From Balanoglossus misakiensis (taxonomy: Eukaryota; Animalia; Hemichordata): DNA of 64,000 nucleotides. The position numbers were made by a program, and so were the translations under genes. The notes beneath the pieces are model-generated. The model had not been told where the DNA came from. It made no database searches and saw only the letters and a program-made list of their open reading frames with translations. Shown here piece by piece: positions 27,546 to 38,308 of the stretch (position 1 is its first letter; each line of letters opens with the position of its first letter). Location of the stretch: contig CM082579.2 of NCBI GenBank assembly GCA_040954595.2, positions 12,463,834 to 12,527,833 on the forward strand. The letters are read 5' to 3'.

Positions 27546-28135
27546 TATTACTGCAAGCTCTGCTCATTGGCTGTTCAAAAAGCAGGTGTACTGCTAGTGC
27601 GCGGATGTGGCCTAATATGCAAATTTTTCGTAGCTATATAAGCTTAGGCCCTTCCAGTGGCCAGTTTTTCCCTTTCGTTTTACTGAACACTACTGTGTTC
27701 CTGTCCGCACGGCCTACTAATTTGCTGTAGTTAACAATTAGTTGTGAGCGTGCTGTAACTATCGCCCCCGAAACTTCACAATCCGAGGTGAGTTGTTTTC
27801 CGGTCGTATACGAATTTATTTTACTCTGCAGACAACTAGATGGTGACGTGGCACTTTCTGCCGAATTATATTCTTCAACTTCAGAACGTTTGCATTTCGA
27901 GATAATTTCTGACTATTTTCTTTAGTGAATACTTGATGTATTGTACACATTTATTGCTGCCGTGCATAACATTTCTATGCCGGTTTTGACATTGTTATAA
28001 TTTCCTTGAATTTATTGTACCTGTAATTTATTTCCAGAACCGTACGTATTTATATTATTAAACGAAGTCAACAATACGTGTATCTCGTTGTGTATCTGTC
28101 GGGGACCATAGGCTGTAGGATTTTCAGATTCTACA
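27546..28135 (+). repeat. BEL 5' LTR
   Basis: TATTACTG...TTCTACA; the only difference found by eye versus the 3' LTR is C27763/T34954. Confidence 0.95.
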
Positions 28136-28193
28136 TAGTTCTCGGATTACGAACTACTTGTGCAAGATCCAGTGAAATCTTTCAAGCCCAGCT

Positions 28194-31100
28194 ATGGCAG
28201 CGAAAGACGGTAGTCATCTTCAACTAGTAACAGCGCCAGATGCCGACCACGCCGAACAGTCCCGTAGTGGTAGTTCTATTTCTTCGAAGCAATCGGAAGA
28301 GATGAACCAGACCAGCTACTCGAGGGCAGAAGGTAAGTCAATTGACTATCTCAAAAAACTTAAGAGATCAGCAATTGCTTACCGTGGTCACATGACTAGA
28401 GGTTATATGGAAATAGAAGCCTTGTTGATGACCACTACCGACTACGAAGATGTGCAACGTAAATGTCGTAATTTGGACAGATTGTTCAGCTGCTATCACA
28501 ATTCATGCTCCGAATACAAGCAATATCTTCTCCACGAAGAGAGAGAAAGTTTTGAACTTGAGTATGAAGCAGAACTTAGAAGAAAAGAATATTTGGACCA
28601 GCGCCTCAGAAGTTGGATGTTAACTCATGGTTTAGTTCCCCAAGAAGTCGTTCAAAGGCGAACTATCACGTACCAAGGCGGGAAGTCTACGAACGAGCCC
28701 ACAGGAGATGTACCGGCAAGTACCATTATTGACCAACCCATTAGAGAAAACGTGTGTGCAGTTTCACGCCGACTACATGAAGACGGTAAGGATTCACTAC
28801 AAGATTTTCCTGACCCCCATGAAAATAAACCAATCGTAACTACATCTGGTGCAGAGAGGGACCAGGGAAGTTGTAAAGTACGACAAGGTGAAAACTTCTC
28901 CGCGTCCAACCAAAGCTGCGAATCGAAGATTGCCAAGCGAAATATTTTGCAAGCCCAGCTGGAATTGGAAAAGGTGAAGCAACTACAGGAATTGAGAATC
29001 CTTGAAGCTCAACAAAAGGTGAGACTAGCCGAAATGGAGGCCCAAATGGTAGAAGACTTATCAGATTGCAAGTCAAGCATATCCCGTGGAACGAAGGCGT
29101 CCCATAATATAGACCAGATAAACCGATATTTCCAGTCGTATCAGCATTTGGATCCACCACTTCAATCCGTTGGTCCAAAGATAACCAAACGAAAGCCATT
29201 ATCTTCTGAGAGAGGTCAGGAAAATCGGCCGGTTTGTCATGAGCAAGAAGACCCTGCACACGTCTTAAATCCTGATGCTGAAGAATGGCAACCACTCAAT
29301 AGAGGTAATGTTGGTGGGAACAGATCAGCTGTTGGACAGTCACATGAAAATCAACAGACTATCATCGAGTGCATGCTCCAACATCAGAACCAAACTATGC
29401 AAGCCCTTGCATTAAATCTCAGTATGCCAAAGCGTGAATACCTGACATTTGATGGTGACCCGGTTTCTTATCCAACCTTCATCAAGAACTTCGAAGTGAA
29501 TGTAGAACGACAAGTCCAGGATGACAACACCAGATTGGCCTACCTGATTCAATATTGTCAAGGTCCAGCGAAAGATGCAATAAAGAACTGTGTCATCTTG
29601 CCACCGGATCAAGGTTACGCAGAAGCCAGGAAAATCTTGCAACTGAACTTTGGTCAAAAACATCTCGTCATCCGTGCTACAATGGACAAGGTTGTTAAAG
29701 GACCACAGCTGAAGCCGTCTGAGCCAGATAAGATAATGCAACTTGCTCGAGATATGAAGAGCTGTCATCTGAGTGCAACAATGTTGAGTTACAGAGCCGA
29801 TATCAATTCCATGGATACCCTAGAAAAGATAGTCAAGCGCCTACCAACCTACTTGCAAGCTGATTGGGCAAAGGAAGCCGGCAAGTTGATATATTCAGGA
29901 ACCGAACCCGAGTTTGTGGATCTCACGAACTTCTTGGAGAACAGAGCAGCAATAGCAAATACCAGATTCGGAAAATTGATTGGCGCCAGACCAGACGGCG
30001 AGAAGGACATGAAACTAAGGACAAAAGGCCGACTGAACCAATCAATGAAAGTTACAACACTAACTACACAGGGGAGTAACGGTAATGTTGGAATAAAATC
30101 ATCCGAAACACGCCGAACCCAGTCCTACACCATAGACAACAAACCAAACAAAGATGTTGGATGCTTATTCTGTAAAGAACAACACAAACTGGAAAGATGT
30201 CGGAGGTTTGCTGGAAAGTCATACGACGAAAAAAGGGATTTTGCCAGAAAATACAATGTCTGTTTCAACTGTTTAGAAATAACTCCTTCACATCTTGCCA
30301 GGAATTGCAAATCCGGTTGGTTCTGTCCTATCACCAATTGTGGAAGACGCCACCACCCACTTCTACATCCCACTTTCCGATCAGGGTCTCGTCAAGCTGA
30401 AAGGGTCAATCAAAGTACACGGCCAGCAAGCTACACGTCACTACCCAACACATCGGATCACTTGGTGAGAAGAGAGAATGCAGAAAACTCTGACTCAAGC
30501 TATGGGGTCGCAGATAAAGCCAGTTGCGGAGCTGTTAGAACCAATAGACCTCGCATTAGTTTCCAAGTGGTTCCTGTCAAAGTCAGCAGTCCAAATGGTG
30601 GACCAGAAGTAGAAACGTATGCCTTTATCGACAGCGGTTCTGATACTACAATTTGTCTGGATAGTCTGATAGACAAATTACAGATCTCAGGGAAATCAGT
30701 CGACTATACGTTGTCAACTTTGAATGCTGAGAAACGTAAACACGGACTAGAAGTACAACTTGATCTGAAATCCTTAGATGATTCCCAGGTTGTTCATCTC
30801 GACAAGGTTTGGACAACAGACAAACTGCCAATAACAGAAAGAAGTATTCCATCTGCCAGCGAGACCAAGAGGTGGTCTCACTTGAAAGGTGTTCGGCTGG
30901 ACGAGTTGAAGAACAAAGAAGTTACCATCTTAATAGGCAACGACATACCGGAAGCTCATTGGGTCCTTGAAGAAAGACGAGGAGGACGAAAGCAGCCGTA
31001 TGCAGTACGAACACTTTTGGGATGGACACTCATCGGACCGATGACCGGAACTGAGAAATCTGGTGCCAACATCAACTTCATGAATATGCATCAAACCTTA

Positions 31101-34100
31101 ACTTTGGAAACTCCAGTGCAGTATGAAGAGTCCATTGCCTTAATGCTACGACAACTGTATAATGCTGATTTTACTGAATCACTATATGATACCAAAGAAT
31201 GTATGTCTCTTGAAGATAGAAGAGCTAAAGCCATCATGGATCATTCTGCTCGCTTACAAAATGGGCATTATCAACTGAAACTTCCATGGCGCTATGATAC
31301 ACCTACCTTACCAAATAATAGACAGTCTGCAGAGAAGAGGTTGTATTCTCTCGAGAAACGTCTCCAGAGGGATCCCAGTCTTCTTGAGAAGTATTCAGCA
31401 ACTATGGAAGACTACATTGCTCAAGGCCACGCAAGACGAATCCCAAATGAAAGTGAAGTTGCCGAAGCCAAAGCCGTATGGTATTTACCTCACCATCCGG
31501 TCACTCACCCCCACAAACCCGACAAATGCAGAGTTGTGTTTGATTGTGCAGCCCAGTATGGTGGTACATCTCTCAATAGTCAGCTCCTGCAAGGACCAGA
31601 CATGACCAATTCATTATTAGGAGTCCTCCTTCGATTTCGACAAGAGTCAGTTGCCGTGGTAGCTGACATCAAACAAATGTTCCATCAAGTGCGAGTCGAC
31701 CCAGCTGATTGTGATGCGCTTCGATTCCTGTGGTGGCCTGGTGGTGACTTGTCAAGACCTCCTGCAGAACATCAGATGTTAGTTCATCTCTTTGGTGCTA
31801 CATCATCTCCAAGCTGCGCATCATATGCTCTCAGAAGAACAGCAGACGACAACAGGTGCCATTTTGATCCAGAAATCATCGACGCTGTTTATCGAAACTT
31901 TTATGTTGATGACTGTTTGAAGTCGCTTCAGTCGACCAATGAAGCGAAGAAATTCATCGGAGACATAACATCTTTGTTGCAACGAGGAGGCTTCCAGCTA
32001 ATGAAGTGGATTTCTAACTGCAGAGAAGTGTTAGCCTCGATTCCAGCCACTGAAAGAGCCCCTTCAGTCAAGAACCTGGACCTGGAGGATCTACCTCAAG
32101 ACCGAGCGTTGGGTGTTCAATGGGACGTTGAGGAGGATGCTCTCAAGTTTCGAATTGGAAAAGAAGTGCAGAAACTGACGCGAAGAGGAATGCTTTCTGT
32201 GGTAGCTTCAATATACGACCCACTTGGATTTGCTGCTCCATTCGTTCTACCAGCCAGACATATCCTGCAGGAATTATGCAGAATCGGATACAGCTGGGAT
32301 GATGATGTGCAGGATGAATACCTTGATGTATGGCAAAAATGGTACAAAGGAATATCATTGCTCAAAGAGATCACAATACCCAGATGTTATAAACCTTCGA
32401 ATTTTGTAAAAGTTCAAAGTGTGGAGCTACACCACTTCTCCGATGCGTCTACACATGGATATGGTGTCGCGTCGTATCTACGCTTAATAGATGTCAACGA
32501 TCGTATCCACTGCTGTCTAATCATGGGAAAGTCAAGAGTTGCCCCCTTGAAGACCATGACCATCCCAAGACTAGAGCTGACAGCTGCGACAGTGGGTGTG
32601 AGAATCAGCAAACAACTGAAAGAAGAACTACAACTACCAATCAATAGAGAACAGTTCTGGACCGATTCCACCATTGTATTGCAATATATCCACAATACGA
32701 CTAGAAGATTTCAAACCTTCGTGTCAAACAGACTTCAGGTGATTCATGATGCAACGACACCAGACCAATGGTATCATGTTCCGTCCGACCTCAATCCAGC
32801 CGATCATGCATCACGTGGAGTACAACTTAGTAAACCCGATCAGAAGGAAGTACAACTATGGTTTCAGGGGCCACACTTTCTGTGGCAACCACAGTCCTGC
32901 TGGCCAACCCAACCAGACGACTTGCCAGAGATCCCGATGAATGACAAGGAATTGAAGAAAGCAAAGGTTTGTGCGACCTTCCAGAAAAACAGTCCTGAAG
33001 ACCAAGACCCTCTAGTGGCCTTGCTGCACAGATTTTCCAGTTGGTACCAGCTACAGAAGTCATTTGCGTGGTTACTGCGATATAAGCAATACATGTATGC
33101 CAAATATGGTAATTCCAAGGAGGTCAAACTCATCTATGGCCCTCTTACCGTGCTAGAACTCGCTACAGCAACCAAAGAAATTGTGAAGTTGGTCCAGAAG
33201 AAAGCATTTCCTAAAGAAGTATCATCAGTGAAACCGTCCAGTGGAAAACCAGACAGCGAAGGATACATCAGTCCTATCCGAAAGCTGAGTCCAGTCTTCA
33301 TGGAAGGTATACTTCATGTTGGAGGAAGACTGATTAACGCGCCAATAAGCCTGGCATCGAAGCACCCAATGATTCTACCTCACAGTCATCATGTAACAGA
33401 GATGATAATCCGGCATTACCACAAGCAAGAAGGTCACGTGGGAGCCAATCATGTTCTGTCTCTCATCAGAAAAGAGTTCTGGATCACAAGAGGTCTAGCC
33501 ACTGTCAGACGTGTGATTGCAAAGTGCATAACCTGCAGGCGTTGGAATGCAACTCCAAGTACGCAAGTTATGGCGCCCCTTCCGGTATCCAGAGTGACGC
33601 CAGGTGAATCGCCTTTTTCGTCAGTCGGCATTGACTATTTTGGCCCTCTGTTAGTGAAATGGAGAAGAGGAACAGCAAAGAGGTATGGATGCATCTTCAC
33701 ATGTCTAGCTATGCGAGCAGTCCACATAGAAGTATCTCACAGCCTATCTACTGACTCATTTATACAAGCTATTTGGAGGTTCGTCAGTCGCCGTGGACCA
33801 CCATCATCTCTGTATAGTGATAACGGAACCAACTTTCGTGGAGCAGAAGCAGAAGTGAAGGAAGCTCTGCAAAAATGGAACCAAGAGAGAATTACAGATG
33901 TTCTAAGACAGAAGAATATTCAATGGAATTTCAACCCACCAGCAGCTAGTCACACAGGCGGAGCGTGGGAGAGGATGATCCGGTCTGTCAGAAAAATCCT
34001 TCGATCGCTAATGGGTAACCAGCTGGTTGATGACGAAACACTACTCACCTTACTGACTGAGGTCGAAAAGATACTGAACGACAGACCATTGGTACAGCAG

Positions 34101-34502
34101 TCAGACGACCCCAATGACCTCGAGGTTCTCACCCCTAATAGTTTATTGCTATTACGACCTAATCCATGCACTTCAAGTGATCTACTGGCTGTTACAATGC
34201 ATCGTGACCATCGTAAGCAAGCTCAGAAAATGGCAGACGTATTTTGGCAACGATGGATCCAAGAATATCTTCCGTCACTTCAGCAACGACAAAAGTGGTT
34301 ACGACCGAAACGAAATCTGGTTGCTGGAGATCTTGTGATCATCGTGGATGAGAACCAGCCCAGAGGTCACTGGTCCAAAGGTGTCATAGAACAGACCTTT
34401 CCAGACAAATTCGGCAATACACGACAAGTCATCGTGAAAACTGCGACTGGCCAACTTCGTAGGGATGTCAGAAAGTTGTGTTTGTTGGAAGGAGCCGTTT
34501 GA
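28194..34502 (+). CDS. BEL/Pao gag-pol polyprotein, 2102 aa, intact
   Basis: DUF1759-like gag (FDGDPVSYPTF), three zinc knuckles, protease FIDSGS, RT (DIKQMF, YVDD), Pao RNase H (FSDAS, TDS, NPAD), integrase (HHCC; IDYFGP, SDNGTNF, WERMI), DUF5641-like C-terminus. Confidence 0.97.
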   Translation: MAAKDGSHLQLVTAPDADHAEQSRSGSSISSKQSEEMNQTSYSRAEGKSIDYLKKLKRSAIAYRGHMTRGYMEIEALLMTTTDYEDVQRKCRNLDRLFSCYHNSCSEYKQYLLHEERESFELEYEAELRRKEYLDQRLRSWMLTHGLVPQEVVQRRTITYQGGKSTNEPTGDVPASTIIDQPIRENVCAVSRRLHEDGKDSLQDFPDPHENKPIVTTSGAERDQGSCKVRQGENFSASNQSCESKIAKRNILQAQLELEKVKQLQELRILEAQQKVRLAEMEAQMVEDLSDCKSSISRGTKASHNIDQINRYFQSYQHLDPPLQSVGPKITKRKPLSSERGQENRPVCHEQEDPAHVLNPDAEEWQPLNRGNVGGNRSAVGQSHENQQTIIECMLQHQNQTMQALALNLSMPKREYLTFDGDPVSYPTFIKNFEVNVERQVQDDNTRLAYLIQYCQGPAKDAIKNCVILPPDQGYAEARKILQLNFGQKHLVIRATMDKVVKGPQLKPSEPDKIMQLARDMKSCHLSATMLSYRADINSMDTLEKIVKRLPTYLQADWAKEAGKLIYSGTEPEFVDLTNFLENRAAIANTRFGKLIGARPDGEKDMKLRTKGRLNQSMKVTTLTTQGSNGNVGIKSSETRRTQSYTIDNKPNKDVGCLFCKEQHKLERCRRFAGKSYDEKRDFARKYNVCFNCLEITPSHLARNCKSGWFCPITNCGRRHHPLLHPTFRSGSRQAERVNQSTRPASYTSLPNTSDHLVRRENAENSDSSYGVADKASCGAVRTNRPRISFQVVPVKVSSPNGGPEVETYAFIDSGSDTTICLDSLIDKLQISGKSVDYTLSTLNAEKRKHGLEVQLDLKSLDDSQVVHLDKVWTTDKLPITERSIPSASETKRWSHLKGVRLDELKNKEVTILIGNDIPEAHWVLEERRGGRKQPYAVRTLLGWTLIGPMTGTEKSGANINFMNMHQTLTLETPVQYEESIALMLRQLYNADFTESLYDTKECMSLEDRRAKAIMDHSARLQNGHYQLKLPWRYDTPTLPNNRQSAEKRLYSLEKRLQRDPSLLEKYSATMEDYIAQGHARRIPNESEVAEAKAVWYLPHHPVTHPHKPDKCRVVFDCAAQYGGTSLNSQLLQGPDMTNSLLGVLLRFRQESVAVVADIKQMFHQVRVDPADCDALRFLWWPGGDLSRPPAEHQMLVHLFGATSSPSCASYALRRTADDNRCHFDPEIIDAVYRNFYVDDCLKSLQSTNEAKKFIGDITSLLQRGGFQLMKWISNCREVLASIPATERAPSVKNLDLEDLPQDRALGVQWDVEEDALKFRIGKEVQKLTRRGMLSVVASIYDPLGFAAPFVLPARHILQELCRIGYSWDDDVQDEYLDVWQKWYKGISLLKEITIPRCYKPSNFVKVQSVELHHFSDASTHGYGVASYLRLIDVNDRIHCCLIMGKSRVAPLKTMTIPRLELTAATVGVRISKQLKEELQLPINREQFWTDSTIVLQYIHNTTRRFQTFVSNRLQVIHDATTPDQWYHVPSDLNPADHASRGVQLSKPDQKEVQLWFQGPHFLWQPQSCWPTQPDDLPEIPMNDKELKKAKVCATFQKNSPEDQDPLVALLHRFSSWYQLQKSFAWLLRYKQYMYAKYGNSKEVKLIYGPLTVLELATATKEIVKLVQKKAFPKEVSSVKPSSGKPDSEGYISPIRKLSPVFMEGILHVGGRLINAPISLASKHPMILPHSHHVTEMIIRHYHKQEGHVGANHVLSLIRKEFWITRGLATVRRVIAKCITCRRWNATPSTQVMAPLPVSRVTPGESPFSSVGIDYFGPLLVKWRRGTAKRYGCIFTCLAMRAVHIEVSHSLSTDSFIQAIWRFVSRRGPPSSLYSDNGTNFRGAEAEVKEALQKWNQERITDVLRQKNIQWNFNPPAASHTGGAWERMIRSVRKILRSLMGNQLVDDETLLTLLTEVEKILNDRPLVQQSDDPNDLEVLTPNSLLLLRPNPCTSSDLLAVTMHRDHRKQAQKMADVFWQRWIQEYLPSLQQRQKWLRPKRNLVAGDLVIIVDENQPRGHWSKGVIEQTFPDKFGNTRQVIVKTATGQLRRDVRKLCLLEGAV

Positions 34503-34736
34503 GTAAACTCTGTTTGAATCAAATTTTACGAGAGTACACCTAATTTCAACTTAAAATTCAAGATTTTGAAAGCAGTTTATGAATTCAGTATCGCGTAAAA
34601 TATAGATCAAAGTATGTGCATTTTGTGAATTTCTTGTTTATGAAATTAACGTTTTTTGTTCTGATCTATTCCAGATCTTGCAGATAAATAGATTTAAAAA
34701 AATGCTCCTTGAATGGTGCGCTTTTTGGGGCCGGTA

Positions 34737-35326
34737 TATTACTGCAAGCTCTGCTCATTGGCTGTTCAAAAAGCAGGTGTACTGCTAGTGCGCGGATGTG
34801 GCCTAATATGCAAATTTTTCGTAGCTATATAAGCTTAGGCCCTTCCAGTGGCCAGTTTTTCCCTTTCGTTTTACTGAACACTACTGTGTTCCTGTCCGCA
34901 CGGCCTACTAATTTGCTGTAGTTAACAATTAGTTGTGAGCGTGCTGTAACTATTGCCCCCGAAACTTCACAATCCGAGGTGAGTTGTTTTCCGGTCGTAT
35001 ACGAATTTATTTTACTCTGCAGACAACTAGATGGTGACGTGGCACTTTCTGCCGAATTATATTCTTCAACTTCAGAACGTTTGCATTTCGAGATAATTTC
35101 TGACTATTTTCTTTAGTGAATACTTGATGTATTGTACACATTTATTGCTGCCGTGCATAACATTTCTATGCCGGTTTTGACATTGTTATAATTTCCTTGA
35201 ATTTATTGTACCTGTAATTTATTTCCAGAACCGTACGTATTTATATTATTAAACGAAGTCAACAATACGTGTATCTCGTTGTGTATCTGTCGGGGACCAT
35301 AGGCTGTAGGATTTTCAGATTCTACA
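34737..35326 (+). repeat. BEL 3' LTR
   Basis: Direct repeat of 27546-28135 at an offset of 7191. Confidence 0.95.
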
Positions 35327-35592
35327 GCAAGTGCGGCCCGGACACAAGATGAAAGAGATGATAGGGGGGGGGGGGGTCGGCAACGGTCCACTTTGTGCAG
35401 TGAACTCACGTTGATCTTTGCAAAATAAATGACGTTATTTTCTTGTAAAATCCAACCCGTGCATTTGATCACTGGGCTACGTCCACGACGCGACAGCAAA
35501 CAAATTGGGCGTCCACACTGTCAAAGTTTCAAAACTTTAAACTTCCGGGTCACCGCTATAAGACCCCCTAAGCCCACCCCAGTAGACCTGAC

Positions 35593-35952
35593 ATACTCTC
35601 ATCGAAAAGCTTTAGCGCTCTGATAGAAAAGCTGGGTGTTCTCATCGAAAAGCTAGGTGCTCTTATCAATAAGCGGGCGCCCTCATCGTAAAGTGGGGGT
35701 GGTAACTCTGATCGAAAAGCTGTGTGCTCTGATGGAAAAGTGAATACTCTGATCGAAAAGCGCGAATACTCTGATGGAAAAGTGAATACTCTGATCGAAA
35801 AGCGCGAATACTCTGATCGAAAAGCTGTGTGCTCTGATCGAAAAGTGAATACTCTGATCGAAAAGCTGTGTGCTCTGATGGAAAAGTGAATACTCTCATC
35901 GAAAAGCGCAAATACTCTCATCGAAAAGTGAATACTCTCATCGAAAAGCTGT
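35593..35952 (-). repeat. Right subterminal tandem array of the IS3EU-like element
   Basis: Units CTCT(G/C)ATCGAAAAG, the reverse complement of the left array. Confidence 0.9.
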
Positions 35953-38308
35953 GTGCTAATTTTGGCATGAATTACACTCCATAGTCCATTGTGATGTAGT
36001 GCGTTACTTCTGAAAATTGATATTAATTTAGACGGAAAAACGTTTTAGCCGTGTGCAGACAATAGCTGTATTGATCGAAACTTCAACAAAAAATTCAGGG
36101 TCTGATTTCCAGAGTATCCATATGTGCCTATCAGTCTGAATTTATTTAGGTGAATATCCTGATGTGTATTTTTTCAATTTCAGTAAAAATGTTTGAGGAA
36201 GGGTGTCATGCCAAGTGTTTGTGTTATCGTTCCATGAAAAAGAATGAACCACCTCATAGATTGATGGTAAGTTATTGTAGTACTACTACTAGTCCATTGC
36301 TTGCGGTCGTAGTTGTTCACGTCTATTTCATGCGTTCTCACGCAAATATTTTATGCAAATATTAATCACGTAGAACCCATTGTCACTCCACACATAACAA
36401 AGCAAATTGGGCTTCAGAATCATTTCCTTGGTGATAACACAAGGATTTGGTACTTTGTGTGTGTACAAATGAGCAATGTGTATTTGGATCAAACCATGGA
36501 AAAAAGAGAACAGCTGTGAAACATTGCAATGTTCCAATCAGAAGTAACATTCTTTTACACTATCAATTCCACTTACCGGTTACCAACTGTTTTTTTTTTC
36601 AATTTGATATTACAGATAAGTTTGTTGAATGATAAATCATTCAGGCAACACCAGTGTTTGTGTACAGCAGGCAAAGGTATGTGCAATCACATATCTGCTA
36701 TGCTGTACCAGATTGCCCATTACAAGACCATGGGACTAAAATCAATACTAGAAATAGTGTACAAAATTTCGGCACCTCAACAATGGCATATACCACCTAG
36801 GACTCATGGCATCAAACCAAGGGATGTATCCAGCGTGAAGTTCATCAAGCCCAAATCCGAAGGTTCTAATTCATGTATAAAGAGTACGCTCTATAATCCA
36901 GTAAACAGTGACTTTCCTGATTTTAATTTAATGTCTAATTTGCATAGATCTTTATCAGTGTCACACAAATCAGCTCAAATTTTTCAAGTTCTTCCTGACA
37001 GCTTTGACAACTTACAAATGACAGCTACATCATATGGTAATGTAATAACAGGCAGTGTGCTTTCTTACCAATTGCCAAAACCACAATCTGATGGATCAAT
37101 AATTAAACTCCCCCAACTTGTATCTTGTCGAAAATTGCCCCTGAATAATTATCATATCCAGTTTGATTATAATGTTGTTCTTAGTGCTCCCCAACAGCAG
37201 TATTTTCAAGGTATTCAAGTATCTTTGGAAGAGTGCCATGAAATTGAAATGCTGACAAGAAAGCAAAGTGAATGCCCTGAGTGGCATAAACTGAGAAAGT
37301 CTCGCATCACTTCGTCCCACTTCAAAGATGCAGTGTGCCGTGTCAAAGACTTTGACACATTAGCCGACAGACTGACATCAACGAAAGACATACAGACAGC
37401 AGCCATGAAATATGGGTTAGAGCATGAAGCTCGGGCAGCATTAGATTATGAAAACGTTAGAAATGTAAATGTGTATTTATGTGGCTTTTTAATTCATCCT
37501 TGTATTCCTTTCTTGGGTTCAACCCCAGATAGAATTGTATATGATCCAAGTCAACCTTCACCTTTTGGGACACTTGAAATTGAATGTCCTGTCAAATCCT
37601 CTTACACAGAATGTACTTACCTAAAGTGTGTGGGGGGAGTGTACAAGCTAAAGAAATCGCATCAGTACTACTACCAGGTATTGGGGCAAATGGGACTTTC
37701 AGGTTTACCATGGGGGGATTTTGTGGTTTGGGCGACTGATGACATCCACATTGAACGAATTTATTTTGACACCACTCTTTGGAATGAAATGTTAAATGAA
37801 CTGAAAAAATATTAATTTGAAAATCACATATTGAAATTGGTGGCATAATGATTTGGGGTGCATCCTGCTTTGGATTTCATTTGGATGTGGACAGATTTTC
37901 AGGCTGCATTCTTCTGTAATAAGTGTTTACTATATTTCTAACATGATACATGTGTGTGATAGTGAGTTTAAGGTTGAAGAACTAAGTTCTCAAAGAAATA
38001 CATGTGATGCACTGACAAGATGCAAGATTGTTGTGTGTTTTTAACCATGAATGTCAATACATGATGTTGTTACCATTCATATTGATGTAAAGTATAGTTC
38101 CAGGACTAGAAAATTTGGTATATTTCAGATACCTAAGAAAAATTGAAGAAAACTAATGTTACTTTTTTTAAGAAGTGTCTTTAATGCATTATTCATTTCA
38201 ACTTACTATTACATATATGGCACATATCAACAATGTGAGTTCATCATGTAGAAAAATCTATTCATGTAATACTGATCACTGTTGATATAAAAAAATAAAA
38301 AAGACAAA

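Larger units (their letters stand above)
27546..35326 (+). mobile_element. Full-length BEL/Pao LTR retrotransposon, very recent insertion
   Basis: Two 590-bp LTRs, 5-bp TSD GCAAG (27541-45 and 35327-31), PPT-like GGGGCCGGTA before the 3' LTR, single intact gag-pol ORF. Confidence 0.97.
26062..35983. mobile_element. Non-autonomous IS3EU-like TIR element (~2.1 kb without the nested BEL)
   Basis: Perfect 31-bp TIR TATGGAGTGTAATTCATGCCAAAATTAGCAC at 26062-26092 and 35953-35983; TAY..RTA termini; 6-bp TSD GTCCAA/GTCCAT; sits in intron 1 of the element C YqaJ gene. Confidence 0.75.
18811..37815 (+). pseudogene. SWIM + YqaJ exonuclease gene of ISL2EU-C, split by nested insertions
   Basis: Exon 1 = 18811-18980 + 25733-25757 (..KGFKFSH|GSYVHDMK, one in-frame TAA). 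Exon 2 = 36184-36266 (CLCYRSMKKNEPPH). Exon 3 = 36616-37815 (CLCTAGKGMCNH; WHKLRKSRITSS; STPD; EIECP; YYYQVLGQM). Splice phases are consistent; the E-x-K lysine is changed to E. Confidence 0.85.
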
